From assembly GCA_964514975.1 (NCBI GenBank), contig CAZESS010000014.1:1-59759 (forward strand): a stretch of DNA of 59,759 nt. Direction: 5' to 3'. The notes beneath the pieces are model-generated. The model was not told where the DNA came from. It did no database searches and saw only the letters and a program-made list of their open reading frames with translations. The stretch comes from an uncultured Thermoplasmatales archaeon. GTDB taxonomy: Archaea > Thermoplasmatota > E2 > UBA202 > DSCA01. The translations under genes and the position numbers were made by a program. Positions 17,006 to 26,876 of this stretch are shown here, piece by piece (positions within the stretch are counted from its first letter, which is position 1; each line of letters opens with the position of its first letter).

Positions 17006-18160
17006 ATGATGGACGAATGGCCGGCGTTTCCCCTGCAGGACAACACGGAGCACATACGCCGGATGGTTTCGCGCTATTTCACCATCTACGGCGAGCGGGA
17101 CAGCGAGGCCTACAGCTACTATGTGGACATGCCGCTGGATACGGACATGCTGCAGCAGCGGTTCGAGCAGCTCAGGCTCGAGCTCAGACAGGAGCGCTAT
17201 GTGCCGCTGCTGCGGCGGGAGCAGGGAGAATACGTGTTGCGGGTGGTCAAGCAGCCCCGGCAGAAAACGCGGCCCGAATGGCTCAACCTCGTGCTTTTCT
17301 TTGTCACCGTGGTCACCACGATGCTGTCCGGTTCCATGCTGTTCGTTGGGTATCTTACCGAGTTAACAATGAGCGAATTCCTGACTATTCCATTCTGGGA
17401 ACAGGTGTTTGTCGCAAAGCATCTCCTCTACGGTCTTGGCTTTTTTTCGTTCCCCCTGATGGCCATCCTGGGCATCCACGAGTACGGCCATTACTGGGTG
17501 TCACAGAAGCACAACGTGGCCGCCTCGCTGCCGTTCTTCATTCCCATTCCGCCCAACCCGTTTCTGCCCCTGGGGACGCTGGGCGCCGTGATATCCATGC
17601 GGGAGCCCATCCCCAACCGGAAGGCACTTATCGAGATCGGCATCGCCGGGCCCATCGCGGGCTTCCTCATGGCAATACCTGTATGTATAGCAGGATTATT
17701 ACTGATGCAAGAATACCCAGTTTTTGTAGACTCTGGCGGACTTCATCTTAATCCGCCGCTTTTATTTATCGGTCTGGAGCAATTATTTACATTTCCCACT
17801 CCTCCCGCCGGTAAAGAACTATTTGCTCACCCAACGGTATTCGCCGGCTGGGTCGGATTGCTCGTCACGGCCATCAACCTATTGCCGGCCGGCCAGCTCG
17901 ACGGCGGCCACATCGCCCGGGGAGCCCTGCGGGATAAGCACAAGTATGCCAGCTTCGGGGCCATCGGCCTGCTCATCGCCACCTCGTTCATGGGCGGCGG
18001 CTGGCTTTTCTTCGCTCTCTTTATCGTGTTCATCATCGGCGTCGGCCACCCGCCGGCCCTGAACGAATACGTGCCATTGTCACCCCGACTCAAGGGGCTG
18101 GCCGTCCTGGCGCTCGTCATTTTCGCGCTGAGCTTCGTACCCGTCCCCATCTCCGGCTGA
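17006..18160 (+). CDS. Site-2 protease (peptidase M50), intramembrane metalloprotease
   Basis: HEYGH, P.FIP..GT.GA.I, IG.AGP.AG, NLLP.GQLDGGH; likely start ATG 17006. Confidence 0.92.
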   Translation: MMDEWPAFPLQDNTEHIRRMVSRYFTIYGERDSEAYSYYVDMPLDTDMLQQRFEQLRLELRQERYVPLLRREQGEYVLRVVKQPRQKTRPEWLNLVLFFVTVVTTMLSGSMLFVGYLTELTMSEFLTIPFWEQVFVAKHLLYGLGFFSFPLMAILGIHEYGHYWVSQKHNVAASLPFFIPIPPNPFLPLGTLGAVISMREPIPNRKALIEIGIAGPIAGFLMAIPVCIAGLLLMQEYPVFVDSGGLHLNPPLLFIGLEQLFTFPTPPAGKELFAHPTVFAGWVGLLVTAINLLPAGQLDGGHIARGALRDKHKYASFGAIGLLIATSFMGGGWLFFALFIVFIIGVGHPPALNEYVPLSPRLKGLAVLALVIFALSFVPVPISG

Positions 18161-18210
18161 GCGGGAGAAAAGCAAAGCTATATATAGCAGGGATGTGCAA
18201 TAGTATAGGT

Positions 18211-18585
18211 ATGACCGTTGTTACGCTGGAGGACCTGGCTACCGCCATCGCCAACAGGGTCAAAATCGACGTGGAGGCAGCGATGGGCGACGCCAACTTC
18301 GTCATGGACCTGTTTGGCTACGAGGACCGCATCATCGACAACGTGCTGGAGCCCGAGGATCGCCAGCTCTTCTACATCCTGGAGGAGGAGGGCATGCTGA
18401 CCACGGAGCGCGAGGAAACCACCATCTATGACGGCCGGACATGGCGTACCCATTACTGGTTTCTCAACAAGGACACCATCCTGGGCTACAAGGAGGGACT
18501 CGAGACCGGCGAGACCGGCGAGCAGGACCAGGACATCGAGGAGGTCTACGATGACATCCCCGACGAGATGTGGTACATAGAATAA
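18211..18585 (+). CDS. Conserved acidic protein (DUF6015-like)
   Basis: FGY.DRIIDN.LEP.DR..FY.LEE.G.L.T..EE....DG..WR.HYW and VY..IP...W, recalled from conserved Thermoplasmata proteins. Confidence 0.65.
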   Translation: MTVVTLEDLATAIANRVKIDVEAAMGDANFVMDLFGYEDRIIDNVLEPEDRQLFYILEEEGMLTTEREETTIYDGRTWRTHYWFLNKDTILGYKEGLETGETGEQDQDIEEVYDDIPDEMWYIE

Positions 18586-18644
18586 GGCTGGCTGTCACCT
18601 GGCTACGTGAGTGTCACGGACTGACAAAAAATGGGGCAGCAGGG

Positions 18645-19028
18645 CTATATCTCTTCGCCTTTGAGGATACGGTCCACGATGTCGCGGAAACCCTCGAATC
18701 CGACGGGGCGAGCGATGACGCCCTTGGCGCCTGCCTCCCTGAGCTCCTTGGACCATTCGGTACCAAAGTAGGCGGTGAAGCCATAAATGTTCGCGTCGCT
18801 GTCGAGTTCCATGATGCGGCGCGTGGTTTTGACGCCGTCGATGCCGGGGAGCTTGAGGTCCATGACGACCAGGTCGGGCCGTGTGCCCTTGTCCATCAGC
18901 TCGCGGTACAGGGTCACGCCCTCCTCGCCGCTCCTGGCCTGGTAGATGTCCACCTTGAGCGGTGACAGGTATTCCTTGATGAGCTCCTGAATGGGCTCCT
19001 CGTCCTCGACCACCAATATCGCGCTCAC
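18645..19028 (-). CDS. Stand-alone CheY-like response regulator receiver
   Basis: ILVVEDE, PDLVVMDLKLPGIDG, TA, GA....RP (Arg in place of the usual Lys). Confidence 0.9.
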   Translation of the reverse strand: MSAILVVEDEEPIQELIKEYLSPLKVDIYQARSGEEGVTLYRELMDKGTRPDLVVMDLKLPGIDGVKTTRRIMELDSDANIYGFTAYFGTEWSKELREAGAKGVIARPVGFEGFRDIVDRILKGEEI

Positions 19029-19150
19029 GGTATCACGTCGGGCGTGATAACACTGGAAGATTTATAAATGTATGCGTTTTACCCCGGCAGTGCACGGCTG
19101 CCATATGTAGAATGATTTAAATATCCGGTGCAGGATTAAATGGCGCAGCC

Positions 19151-20251
19151 ATGAAGACACTGGTCCTGTGCATAGACCGAGATAACGACCTGGAACGAAA
19201 GACGGGTATTGCCTCCCCCGTCGTCGGGCGGGAAAACAACCGGGCGGCTGCGGAGGCACTGGCGCTCGCCGACCCCGAGGAATCGGATGTCAACTGCATG
19301 TTTTCAGCTATTTCCACCTACGACGGTCTTGAAAACGATGCCGAGGTGGCGACCATCTGCGGCAGCTCCGACGTCGGCCCGATATCGGACAAGCTCATCG
19401 CCGACCGGCTGGACCAGGTGCTCGACGAGGTGGAGCCCGACGGCGTCATCCTGGTGACCGACGGCGACGAGGACGAATACGTGCTCCCGTTGATACAGTC
19501 ACGGGCGAAAATCGACGCTGTCAAACGCGTGGTCGTCAAGCAGAGCGAAACACTGGAGGGCACCTATTATCTCATCTCCCGGTTCATGGAGGACGAAAAA
19601 ATGCAGCGGAAGTTCATGCTGCCGCTCGCGCTCGTCCTCGTCATCTGGGGGCTCTCGTCGGTGCTGGGCTCCCCGGCCTGGGGGTTCGCCACGGTGCTGC
19701 TCGTGCTGGGCGCCTACCTGCTCATCCGCGTGTTCCATCTCCAGGGGTTTTTCACCCGGCTGGGCAGAGAGATTTATTCGGGGCTGCGCAGCGGACGGAT
19801 ATCGCTGTTCGCCAACCTGCTGGCCGCCTTCATCCTGATAGCCGCCATGCTGTCCGCATACAACATGGTGACAACGATGGAGCCCGCGCCGGAGGGCGTC
19901 TTCGAGTCCAGCATCCGGTTTTTGCATGAGATTACCTGGTGGTTTGTCGTCGCGGCGCTGATATCCATCGCGGGACGGTTCACCGACACCTATTTCAAGG
20001 AAAAACGGGTGCTGTGGGGCTACGTCATTCTGCCGTTTTCGCTGCTGGCCTTTGGCCTCATTTTTTCGGCGTCGACCGACATGCTCATCAAGATCGCCAT
20101 CCAGTCGGAGCCATTGCGGTCGCTGCTCACGCTGCCGTTTTTGAGCCGCATCATCGAGGGGGTGCTCATCGGGTTCATCGGCACCGTCATCTATCATATC
20201 GCCGAGGACATGTACGGCACGAAGGAAGCTGAGAAACCGGAGAAGGATTAA
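19151..20251 (+). CDS. DUF373-family membrane protein
   Basis: LVLC.DRD.DL..K.G..SPV.GR, LAL.DPEESD.N, VTDG.EDE...P...SR, VVV.QS..LE.TYY, then several TM helices. Confidence 0.85.
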   Translation: MKTLVLCIDRDNDLERKTGIASPVVGRENNRAAAEALALADPEESDVNCMFSAISTYDGLENDAEVATICGSSDVGPISDKLIADRLDQVLDEVEPDGVILVTDGDEDEYVLPLIQSRAKIDAVKRVVVKQSETLEGTYYLISRFMEDEKMQRKFMLPLALVLVIWGLSSVLGSPAWGFATVLLVLGAYLLIRVFHLQGFFTRLGREIYSGLRSGRISLFANLLAAFILIAAMLSAYNMVTTMEPAPEGVFESSIRFLHEITWWFVVAALISIAGRFTDTYFKEKRVLWGYVILPFSLLAFGLIFSASTDMLIKIAIQSEPLRSLLTLPFLSRIIEGVLIGFIGTVIYHIAEDMYGTKEAEKPEKD

Positions 20252-20277
20252 TAAACAGATGGGGCATTAGGGCGGTG

Positions 20278-21777
20278 ATGTCGCCGCTGCTGATCGTTCT
20301 CATTCTCATCCTGGCATGGGTCGGAGTGCTCCTTGTCGCCTACCGCCTTGAAAACGAGGCGCTGTCGCTCTGGGGCCCGATTTTGATGTGGAAAACCGAG
20401 CGAGGAAAAAAGGTTATCAGCAGGATAGCCCGGCGCGACCGGTTCTGGAATCGGTATGCCGACATGGGCATCGTGCTGTGCCTGGCAGCCATGCTGGGCA
20501 TGTTCATCCTCATCCTGTGGAACGTCTACCTGACATTCCAGATAGCGCCCGAGCAGGCCCCGTCACCCGAGATGCTCCTCGGGCTCCCGGGCATCAACCC
20601 GGTGATACCGATCGGCTATGGCATCATCGCGCTCGTCGTCGCCATCGTCGTCCACGAGCTCTCCCATGGCATCCTGGCCATGGCCGGCAGGCTCAAGGTC
20701 AAGGCGCTCGGCGTCATCTTTCTCATCGTGCCCATCGGCGCGTTCGTCGAGCCGGACGAGGAGGAGCTTGAGAACACGACAGCGCGGAAGCGCTCCCGTG
20801 TCTTCGCGGCGGGGCCGACCACGAACATGGTCCTGGCGCTGGTCTGCCTGCTGATGCTCGCGTTCGTGCTTGCTCCATCGATTTCGCCGCATACCGACGG
20901 GGTCATCGTGAGCAACGACTACGCTGACATCGAGCCCTGGAGTGTCATCGCCGCGGCGAACGGCACATCCGTGGCGAACCGGTCTGCGTTCGGCGACCTC
21001 GCCGGTGCCTTTACCCCCGGCGACACGTATCCGATGCAGATAGCCCGGGATGGCGACCTGGCCGAGCGGCAGGTGCGCTATGGCCTCTACGTGGCACGCG
21101 TGGAGGAGGACGCACCGGCCGACGGAACGCTCCGGGAGGGCGACATCGTATGGCTGCTGCGGTACAACGACACCGACCTGCGGGTGGCGACGCAGGAGGC
21201 ATTCATCGACCTGATGGAGAACACGAGCGCCGGCCAGCCGCTCACTGTCCTGTTTCAGCGGAACGGAACGGAGCACAACGCCTCGCTCGTCCTGGCGGAC
21301 AAGGCCGGGTTTACCGATGAGGGCGACGATGCAGGCGTGGGCTATCTCGGCGTCGTCGCCTACGGGGTCACCGATGTCGTGCGGGGCACCGATTACTATC
21401 CCCGGTTGCTGCAGCCCTTTGAGGGTTCGTTTTTGCCGTATCTGGCGCTGCCGTTCATCGGCCTGTCACCGTTTCCCGGCGAGCTGGCCAGCATCTACAC
21501 GCCGTCGCAGGGGTTCTGGATGGTCTACAACATGGTCTACTGGTTGTTCTGGCTGAACTTTGCGCTGGGGACGTTCAACGTGCTGCCGGCGGTGCCGCTG
21601 GACGGCGGCTACATCTTCCGGGATGGCATCGCGGGTGTGATGCGCCGGCTGGGCATGCACGACGAAAAGCGACGGGAAAAAATCGCGTCTGGGATGACCA
21701 CCGCGTTTTCGGTGGTGGTGCTCGTGGCTATCCTGTCGATGGTGTTCGTCCCGCAGCTCCGGGGCCTCCTGCTATAA
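20278..21777 (+). CDS. Site-2 protease (M50) with PDZ-like inserts
   Basis: HELSHG, P.GAFVEPD, AAGP..N, PDZ-like region, N.LPA.PLDGG. Confidence 0.92.
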   Translation: MSPLLIVLILILAWVGVLLVAYRLENEALSLWGPILMWKTERGKKVISRIARRDRFWNRYADMGIVLCLAAMLGMFILILWNVYLTFQIAPEQAPSPEMLLGLPGINPVIPIGYGIIALVVAIVVHELSHGILAMAGRLKVKALGVIFLIVPIGAFVEPDEEELENTTARKRSRVFAAGPTTNMVLALVCLLMLAFVLAPSISPHTDGVIVSNDYADIEPWSVIAAANGTSVANRSAFGDLAGAFTPGDTYPMQIARDGDLAERQVRYGLYVARVEEDAPADGTLREGDIVWLLRYNDTDLRVATQEAFIDLMENTSAGQPLTVLFQRNGTEHNASLVLADKAGFTDEGDDAGVGYLGVVAYGVTDVVRGTDYYPRLLQPFEGSFLPYLALPFIGLSPFPGELASIYTPSQGFWMVYNMVYWLFWLNFALGTFNVLPAVPLDGGYIFRDGIAGVMRRLGMHDEKRREKIASGMTTAFSVVVLVAILSMVFVPQLRGLLL

Positions 21778-21797
21778 ACTGGCGATACAACGCCTGG

Positions 21798-24700
21798 CTA
21801 TGTTTTCGTCCGGATGAACACGAACATGATGCAGACCAGCGCGAACAGAATCGCCGCCGGGATCGCCCATATGACGCCGCCGATGCCCTGCTCCTGTGGC
21901 GGGCTGTATGTCCGGATGGCCTTGTTGTCCTCGTCGTAGTAGTGGTCGTATTCACCGTCGCCATTGGCGTCGAAGAGAATGACTGCGGCGCCGTCGATGA
22001 TGTCGGTTTTGACGCTGCGCAGCTGGCCGTCCTCGGCGTCCCAGTACACGTATTCCTCGGTGTCCATTTTCCAGAGAAGGTAGCCCATCGCGCCGGGAAC
22101 GGAGACGTTGACGTTGTCGCCCCGCTCCCGCGGGTTGGCGCCGGCCTCCCGCTCGATGGTGTCGGGGATGCCGTCGCTGTCGTAGTCGGTGGGAATGATA
22201 AACGTGACAGGGGTGTCGGCGGTGTCGTTTTTGTTGTGATTTGCGGAGGCGTCGACTGCCTCGACGTAGATGGTGTATTCGCCGGGCGTGTCATAGGCCC
22301 GGGAGTAATGATAGCTGCCGCCGGTTCCGGACATGTTGTAGGTGGCTGTGCCCGTGGGACCGGTGACATGGAGCAGCACCTTTTGCAGTGAATGCTCATC
22401 CTGTATCGCAGCCGAGATGTTGACGGGCTCGCCGACGACCTGTCGCTCGGGGACGGCGGCCACGCCTGCAATAACCGGCGGCGTGGTTTCGACGCCCTCG
22501 TAGACGATGCGGAAGGGAACGCTGTCGCTGACAGCCCGGTTGCGTCGGCCGGTGCCGTCGCCGCCGGTGTCATATGCGGTTATCTCAAAGGTATAGTAGC
22601 CGACGGTGCTGAAGCTCGTGTTGTAGTAGTAGATGTCGGTGTCGCCGACCCGGTTCATCCGATGGGGGTCGTCGTCCCCGGACAATATGACGGCTGCCTC
22701 GTCGATGGAGGTTTCGTTGTCGCGGATATACGCCGTGATGTTGACCGGGTCGCCCAGATAGCTGGTCGCATTTGATATCCTGATGTTAGTTATCGACGGC
22801 GGCGTTCCATCGTAGGGGCCGCCGACGCGGATGTCTTTGATAGCCCGGTTGTTGCCGGTGCGGGATTCATCCGGACAGCTCGCCACGACCCTGACGACAT
22901 AGGTCCCGTTGTCGGAGGGCGTCCAGGTGTTGAACACCGTTTCGTTGGCGCGCTTGCCGATGATCCGTTCGACGGTGCCGTTGGGGATGAGCGTGTACCG
23001 GCTCGCGCCCTTTTCCTTGACATAGAACTGGAGAGTGGCGGTGGTGTTCTGGTAGCCGGTGTTGTGGAGCAGCACGCTGAGGTTCACCGTCTCGTTGGCG
23101 TCTGGATGCAGCGGCGTGAAGCCGATGTCGTACATGTGGAGCTCCAGGTCGGGCCGCGGGATGACGTCTATGAACCTGACGTTCCAGTTGTCGCCCTTGT
23201 TGGGCTCGGGGATGACGTTGTCCCTGTTTGCCTCCGCCCGTATCTCCCATCTGCCCTGCTCGGCGGGCGTGCCATATGCGGCTCGCCAGGTGAACGTGAG
23301 CTCTTTGCTCTCACCCGCCGGGAGCGCACCCAGCCCTTTCACCATTTTGACGGGGGTGCCGCCCTGCGAAAGCGAAACGGAGACGTTGACGGGCGGGGAA
23401 GCAGCGACGTCCTTTCGGCCGATGTTGGACACGGTGACGGTGATGGACGCCTCCTGTCCCTCCTGGATGCTTGCGGGAGCGAAGATGTCGGCGACGTTGA
23501 GGTCTGCGGCCGGCTCAACCAGGATAGAGGTCACGTTGGTGACCCGGTATCCGGCACTGTCTGTCATGGTTACCGTGAGTGTCCACATCCCCGTCTCGGC
23601 GCCCATGGCGAACGTATAAAAGTCGGGGAGATGCCAGCTCCGGCGGTCGGTGCCGCCCTCGGCGGGCATAAACGCGTAGCCCAGGTCGTCTATATAGAGG
23701 GTGTTTTCCCCGCTCTCGGTGTTGGCGGTGAGCCGCATCTCGATGCCGGTAAGGGTGCCGGCTCCCGTGCGCCATTCGCCGAGCACGCTCTCGTTGATGA
23801 CATACCGGTGCCATCCGCCGTCGGCGGCGAGGTCGCTCATTGGTATCGTGTGTGTCCTGTCCGGGCTGCCCGCCGTCATGAGCGTGTAGTCAAGGGTGCT
23901 CTGCGCCGTGTACCCGTCGACCCGGTACCAGAACCACAGCGAGGGAAGATTGGATACGAGGATGGTCTGCGATATCTCCTGCCGGAACCCGACCATGTCG
24001 TCGGGGCTGACCGGCTGGTCGAACATCTTGTAGGTGCCATGGTAGTCGTTCATCAGCAGCTCGACGGCCTTATTCCCGGTATGGGAGACGCTGGAAAACG
24101 ACGTGCTCGTCGTCTGCTCATTTGAATAAAACGTGGTCGTGAAGGCGGAGCCATCCTCAAATCCGGCATCGGGCAGCGGCACCGACGACATCGCGATGGT
24201 GCTCCGGGGCGCCGGATGCTGCAGGACGGCCATGACCTCCCGTGGGGCGGCAACGGCGCTGACATTGATGTTGCTGATGGTCTTCCGGTCGGGAACGCCG
24301 GCGATATAGGTCGGGGGCTGATCCACGGGCATGCCATCGATTTCCCCGTTGGCTATCTGCCCCCACCAGCCATGCGCCCTCCCGGAGAGCACCGTGACAT
24401 TGGGGTTCGGCGTGACCTCGAGCCAGCAACTGTCGAGATAGGCGGCGACCTCCGCCGTCAGCTGCACGTCGAGCGCGGTGACGTACACCCGGAACGACAC
24501 CGTGGCGGTGCCCCTGTTTTCCAGGTAGGAGGTGACATCAGCGTCGATGGACTGCCATCCGCCGGTTGCCGCACCGCTTTCGACCACCTGGCCGTCCAGC
24601 GTGAGTTCCCATCCCACGCCGTCAAGCACGTTATCGTTGAAATAGACCTCTGCATGGAGCGTGTACCCTGCCGCGTCGCCGCCGTCGGGCACGGTGAAAT

Positions 24701-25778
24701 GCTGGTAGACCTTACCGTACCATCCCTCCTGCCAGATGATGCCACGGCGGTATATCCGGTAGACGGTGTCCCGGTAGTCGGTTGGGCTCGCCGTGGTGGA
24801 CAGCCGCCAGCTCGACAGGTCATCGAACCCGGGGATGGGCACCCCGACTGTCGGCTCGCTGTTGTTCTTCCATCCAGCGGCGCCGCCCTCGAACTCCGCG
24901 TTTTTAATCCCGGCCGCAATGTCAGCATAGCCGCCGGCCATGTCACCGTTACCCAGAGTATCCCAGTACACGTAGTAATGACGGACCTCATGCGGAGACG
25001 ACCGGCCCTCCATCACCCAGGAAACGGTCACGTTGGCGTTGTCCTCCGCGTCGTAGTCATCGCTGAAAACGATGTCGCATCCCACGTTCCCGTCGGGATA
25101 CCATGTGTCGTTCTCCCGGCTGTAGGCAACCACACGCACCGAGTCGGGGTCGAACGCCCCGTCGGGGAACACGCCGGTCTGGTTTGCGCTGATAGCGTCC
25201 ATAAGCCCGGTGAAATCAAACGTCCGCCGGACCATCTTGTCCTCATATACAAAGTCCTGGCTGTGGCCCTCCCGCCGCACGGTCACCGGCACCCGGTAAT
25301 GCCAGCCGGGCTGCCACCAGACCGCATCATGCGGAGCGGGCGGAAACGGCGGGTAGGTGGGCTCCCGGACGTCGACCGTCCGGCTGCCCATGTTGTTGTC
25401 CTCGTCGGATTCCGGTATTTTTTCTTGGTAGTCAACGATGACGAACAGGGTATGGTTGCCGAGCTCGTCGGCCACCCAGTACAACGTTATGTTGTCCCGT
25501 CCGCCGGTGGCAAGGTCAAACGTTTCCGTGTCAACCGGGTTGTCACGCGTGTCGACATACAGCGCAATCCCGACGTTTTCGAGATCGGTGTCACCCAGGT
25601 TTTCAACGGTGACGTTGACCAGCACCTGGTCATGCTGGAACACGTCCGCCGGGTCGAGGGTGATGCTGTCTCTGACCAGCGCCACGTCCGGGCCCTGCGC
25701 CGCCTGCGCCTCGAGCATGGAGAACGGGCTGCCGACCAGGACAGCGACGACGATAAACGTAAATAACCATTTTTTCAA
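21798..25778 (-). CDS. Large cell-surface protein with CARDB, CBM-like and Ig-like domains and C-terminal TM anchor
   Basis: Signal peptide (TTG 25778 or GTG 25805), three CARDB-like modules (V.N.G ... E....N(D)N), WW...W.YR.PV motif, N..FE/D..FE jelly-roll-like starts, DYDSDGIPD Ca-binding motif, terminal TM + RTKT. Confidence 0.8.
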   Translation of the reverse strand: MKKWLFTFIVVAVLVGSPFSMLEAQAAQGPDVALVRDSITLDPADVFQHDQVLVNVTVENLGDTDLENVGIALYVDTRDNPVDTETFDLATGGRDNITLYWVADELGNHTLFVIVDYQEKIPESDEDNNMGSRTVDVREPTYPPFPPAPHDAVWWQPGWHYRVPVTVRREGHSQDFVYEDKMVRRTFDFTGLMDAISANQTGVFPDGAFDPDSVRVVAYSRENDTWYPDGNVGCDIVFSDDYDAEDNANVTVSWVMEGRSSPHEVRHYYVYWDTLGNGDMAGGYADIAAGIKNAEFEGGAAGWKNNSEPTVGVPIPGFDDLSSWRLSTTASPTDYRDTVYRIYRRGIIWQEGWYGKVYQHFTVPDGGDAAGYTLHAEVYFNDNVLDGVGWELTLDGQVVESGAATGGWQSIDADVTSYLENRGTATVSFRVYVTALDVQLTAEVAAYLDSCWLEVTPNPNVTVLSGRAHGWWGQIANGEIDGMPVDQPPTYIAGVPDRKTISNINVSAVAAPREVMAVLQHPAPRSTIAMSSVPLPDAGFEDGSAFTTTFYSNEQTTSTSFSSVSHTGNKAVELLMNDYHGTYKMFDQPVSPDDMVGFRQEISQTILVSNLPSLWFWYRVDGYTAQSTLDYTLMTAGSPDRTHTIPMSDLAADGGWHRYVINESVLGEWRTGAGTLTGIEMRLTANTESGENTLYIDDLGYAFMPAEGGTDRRSWHLPDFYTFAMGAETGMWTLTVTMTDSAGYRVTNVTSILVEPAADLNVADIFAPASIQEGQEASITVTVSNIGRKDVAASPPVNVSVSLSQGGTPVKMVKGLGALPAGESKELTFTWRAAYGTPAEQGRWEIRAEANRDNVIPEPNKGDNWNVRFIDVIPRPDLELHMYDIGFTPLHPDANETVNLSVLLHNTGYQNTTATLQFYVKEKGASRYTLIPNGTVERIIGKRANETVFNTWTPSDNGTYVVRVVASCPDESRTGNNRAIKDIRVGGPYDGTPPSITNIRISNATSYLGDPVNITAYIRDNETSIDEAAVILSGDDDPHRMNRVGDTDIYYYNTSFSTVGYYTFEITAYDTGGDGTGRRNRAVSDSVPFRIVYEGVETTPPVIAGVAAVPERQVVGEPVNISAAIQDEHSLQKVLLHVTGPTGTATYNMSGTGGSYHYSRAYDTPGEYTIYVEAVDASANHNKNDTADTPVTFIIPTDYDSDGIPDTIEREAGANPRERGDNVNVSVPGAMGYLLWKMDTEEYVYWDAEDGQLRSVKTDIIDGAAVILFDANGDGEYDHYYDEDNKAIRTYSPPQEQGIGGVIWAIPAAILFALVCIMFVFIRTKT

Positions 25779-25883
25779 ACTACGAACGACTGAAGCGTGA
25801 GTCACTTTTATACCCCTGTGCCCTTAAATAAAATTTCGATTAAATAATTTGTGGTCACCACCGGGATGACGATATCCGGATGG

Positions 25884-26342
25884 TTACAGCGGCTCGGCGT
25901 CATCGTAGCCCTCGCGCTGGCCGGTGCCCGCCTGCCGCTCCAGTCGACCGGGATGAAACAGGAGGTTGATGACGTTGAGCGCGTGCTCGCGGCTTCGCCG
26001 ATCGGCCAGCCAGCGGAGCTCGGCATCGCTGTCGGCCTCGCTTTCATGGACGAAGACCTCGATGACGTGGACACCCGCCATAACCTGGAGCATGATGAGC
26101 CCCTGCGATGCCTGGTGCGCGCACTGCCGGTCTATCTCGGCGGGGCCGGGCATGCCCAGCGCGATGACGATGTCGCAGCCATTGTCGACGAGGTTTTTGG
26201 CGGCGCATGGCAAGTCCTTGATGCCTGGCACCGTGTACCGCTCTATCCTGAAGCCCGTCGCGTTGCTTTTCAGCTCGTCGATAGCCGCGGCGGCCATGTC
26301 ATACCGCGCAAACGTGGTATCGGCCACGCCAATGTGCTTCAT
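25884..26342 (-). CDS. ribC: Archaeal riboflavin synthase
   Basis: IGVADTTFAR.DM, RYTVPGIKDLP.A, ALGMPG, IEVFVHE.E, G.G.REG. Confidence 0.95.
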   Translation of the reverse strand: MKHIGVADTTFARYDMAAAAIDELKSNATGFRIERYTVPGIKDLPCAAKNLVDNGCDIVIALGMPGPAEIDRQCAHQASQGLIMLQVMAGVHVIEVFVHESEADSDAELRWLADRRSREHALNVINLLFHPGRLERQAGTGQREGYDDAEPL

Positions 26343-26429
26343 CGACCCCTTAAACCACGGCGGCCTTTTAGCATTTGCGCCACATAAAAAGGCGGTGACA
26401 GTAACGGAAAAATTCTGTAGGCGCTTTGG

Positions 26430-26876
26430 TTATTCCCGGTCGCCCGGGTAGAGCTCTTTTTTTTCGAGTTTTTCCTCGATGCGACCGATGATCTTGCGGG
26501 TGCCGTTGAGGTCGTAGTCCCGGTAGCGGGTGCACCGTCTGACCTCGATGTCGAGGTTTCGCTTCTGGAGCTCCCGGCGGAGGCCCTCCATTTCCTGGTC
26601 GTAGCCGAGCGCGATGATGTCCGGCCTGAGCTCCATGACGATACGATATGGGTCGCCGGTGTGGCCGACGACCGCGCTGTCGACCGGTTTGAGCGCCGCT
26701 ACCAGCTCGCGGCGCATGTCCTCGGGCATGATGGGTGAATGTTTCCGCTGCCGGACTGTTTCATCGGTGGCGACGACGACGACGAGCTCGTCGCCCATGT
26801 CGCGTGCCTCCTCCAGATAATGGAGATGACCGATGTGCAGCAGGTCGAAGACGCCGGAGGCCATCACCCGGACCAT
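26430..26876 (-). CDS. ribL: Archaeal FAD synthetase
   Basis: GVFDLLH.GH...L..A...GDEL.V..A.D, LKPVD, PD.I.LGYDQ; clustered with ribB/ribC. Confidence 0.88.
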   Translation of the reverse strand: MVRVMASGVFDLLHIGHLHYLEEARDMGDELVVVVATDETVRQRKHSPIMPEDMRRELVAALKPVDSAVVGHTGDPYRIVMELRPDIIALGYDQEMEGLRRELQKRNLDIEVRRCTRYRDYDLNGTRKIIGRIEEKLEKKELYPGDRE

